A stretch of 64,000 nucleotides of DNA from Octopus sinensis. Its lineage: Eukaryota. Below, piece after piece: positions 63,096-64,000 of this stretch. The stretch spans positions 60,512,001 through 60,576,000 of the forward strand of contig NC_043006.1 of assembly GCF_006345805.1 (NCBI RefSeq), given 5' to 3'. The notes beneath the pieces are model-generated. The model had not been told where the DNA came from. It saw nothing but the letters and a program-made list of their open reading frames with translations, and did not search any database. Every line of letters starts with the position of its first letter. Position 1 is the stretch's first letter. The position numbers were made by a program, and so were the translations under genes.

Positions 63096-63762
63096 GGCGG
63101 CGAGCTGGCAGAAACGACGATCTCAAAAATCAAGATTTTCCCTAATGTTGACATGCCATTAATAAGGCGGCGAGCTGGCAGAAACGACAGCACGCCGGGC
63201 GAAATGCTTAGCGGTATTTCCTCTGCCGCTACGTTCTGAGTTCAAATTCCGCCGAGGTCGACTTTGCCTTTCATCCTTTCGGAGTCGATAAATTAAGTAC
63301 CAGTTACGCACTGGGGTCGATGTAATCGACTTAATACCCATATCTGTCCTTGTTTGTCCCCTCTATGTTTAGCCCCTAATGGGTAATAAAGAAATAGGTA
63401 TTTCGTCTGCCGCTACGTTCTCAGTTCAAATTCCGCCGAGATCGACTTTGCCTTTCATCGTTTCGGGGTCGATTAAATAAGTACTAGTTACGCACTGGGG
63501 TCGATGTAATCGACTAATCCGTTTGTCTGTCCTTATTTGTCGCCTCTGTGTGTAGCTCCTTGTGGGAAGTAAAGAAATAAGTATTTCGTCTGCCGTTACG
63601 TTCTGAATTCAAATTCCGCCGAGGTCGACTTTGCCTTTCATCGTTTCGGAGTCGATTAAATAAGTACCAGTCACGCACTGGGGTCGATATAATCGACTTA
63701 ATCCGTTTGTCTGTCCTTGTTTGTCCCCTCTGTGTGTAGCCCCTTGTGGGCAATAAAGAAAT
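63096..63762 (+). mobile_element. Composite SINE family A: aborted head, full SINE and two extra ~183-bp bodies, inside one ~16-bp TSD
   Basis: Units 63214-63397, 63398-63580 and 63581-63762. TSD AAG(A/G)ATACTTCA(T/C)CAA at 63080-63095 and 63763-63778. Confidence 0.85.
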
Positions 63763-64000
63763 AAGGATACTTCACCAACATATAGAAGTTGCTATGGCGG
63801 ATTGGGCTTAAACTACTCTGTTACGTCTTGGAGAAACACGATGGAGGTGAGAGCAGACTATCGCTGAACATCTGCCTATGTTCTGAATTAATCACAAAAT
63901 TCTGGCTCATGACATCCGATTAAAAATCTCTGGGACTGACCCAGTATAACATAAACTGTCAGAGACATTTATATCTCCACAATATGTTATTTATGCTCAA

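Noticed and set aside
63214-63762. CRISPR-like or satellite array
   Set aside because: Units are ~183-bp SINE bodies with no unique spacers, in a eukaryotic context.

Overview
AT-rich, microsatellite-dense eukaryotic non-coding DNA. Repeat content and composition suggest an octopod cephalopod; this is inferred from recalled SINE families, not from a search. I could not support any host protein-coding exon, and nearly all short ORFs in the track are microsatellite translations. The window is a mobile-element mosaic: (i) one young, 5'-truncated Tx1/L1-clade LINE with an uninterrupted ~1025-codon EN-RT-zinc finger frame, embedded in (TCTA)n; (ii) a 2.15-kb ORF1-only (gag-knuckle) retroelement inserted with a 16-bp TSD into the tRNA-like head of a SINE; (iii) decayed R4/Dong, CR1 and Penelope fragments; (iv) a complete Chapaev3-like DNA transposon plus Tc1, mariner and Tigger remnants; (v) three tRNA-derived SINE families, one sharing a 3' stem-loop tail with the Tx1 LINE. 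The most unusual signal is a set of type I hammerhead ribozyme (HHR) motifs read by eye at about eight loci. They sit either in ~0.5-kb terminally redundant monomers or in head-to-head palindromes where they face outward. Two motifs have non-canonical but complementary core 3-8 pairs (G3-C8 and U3-A8). Together they suggest a diverse Penelope/retrozyme-like ribozyme system. Ribozyme activity is untested, and coordinates were counted by hand and may be off by a few bases.
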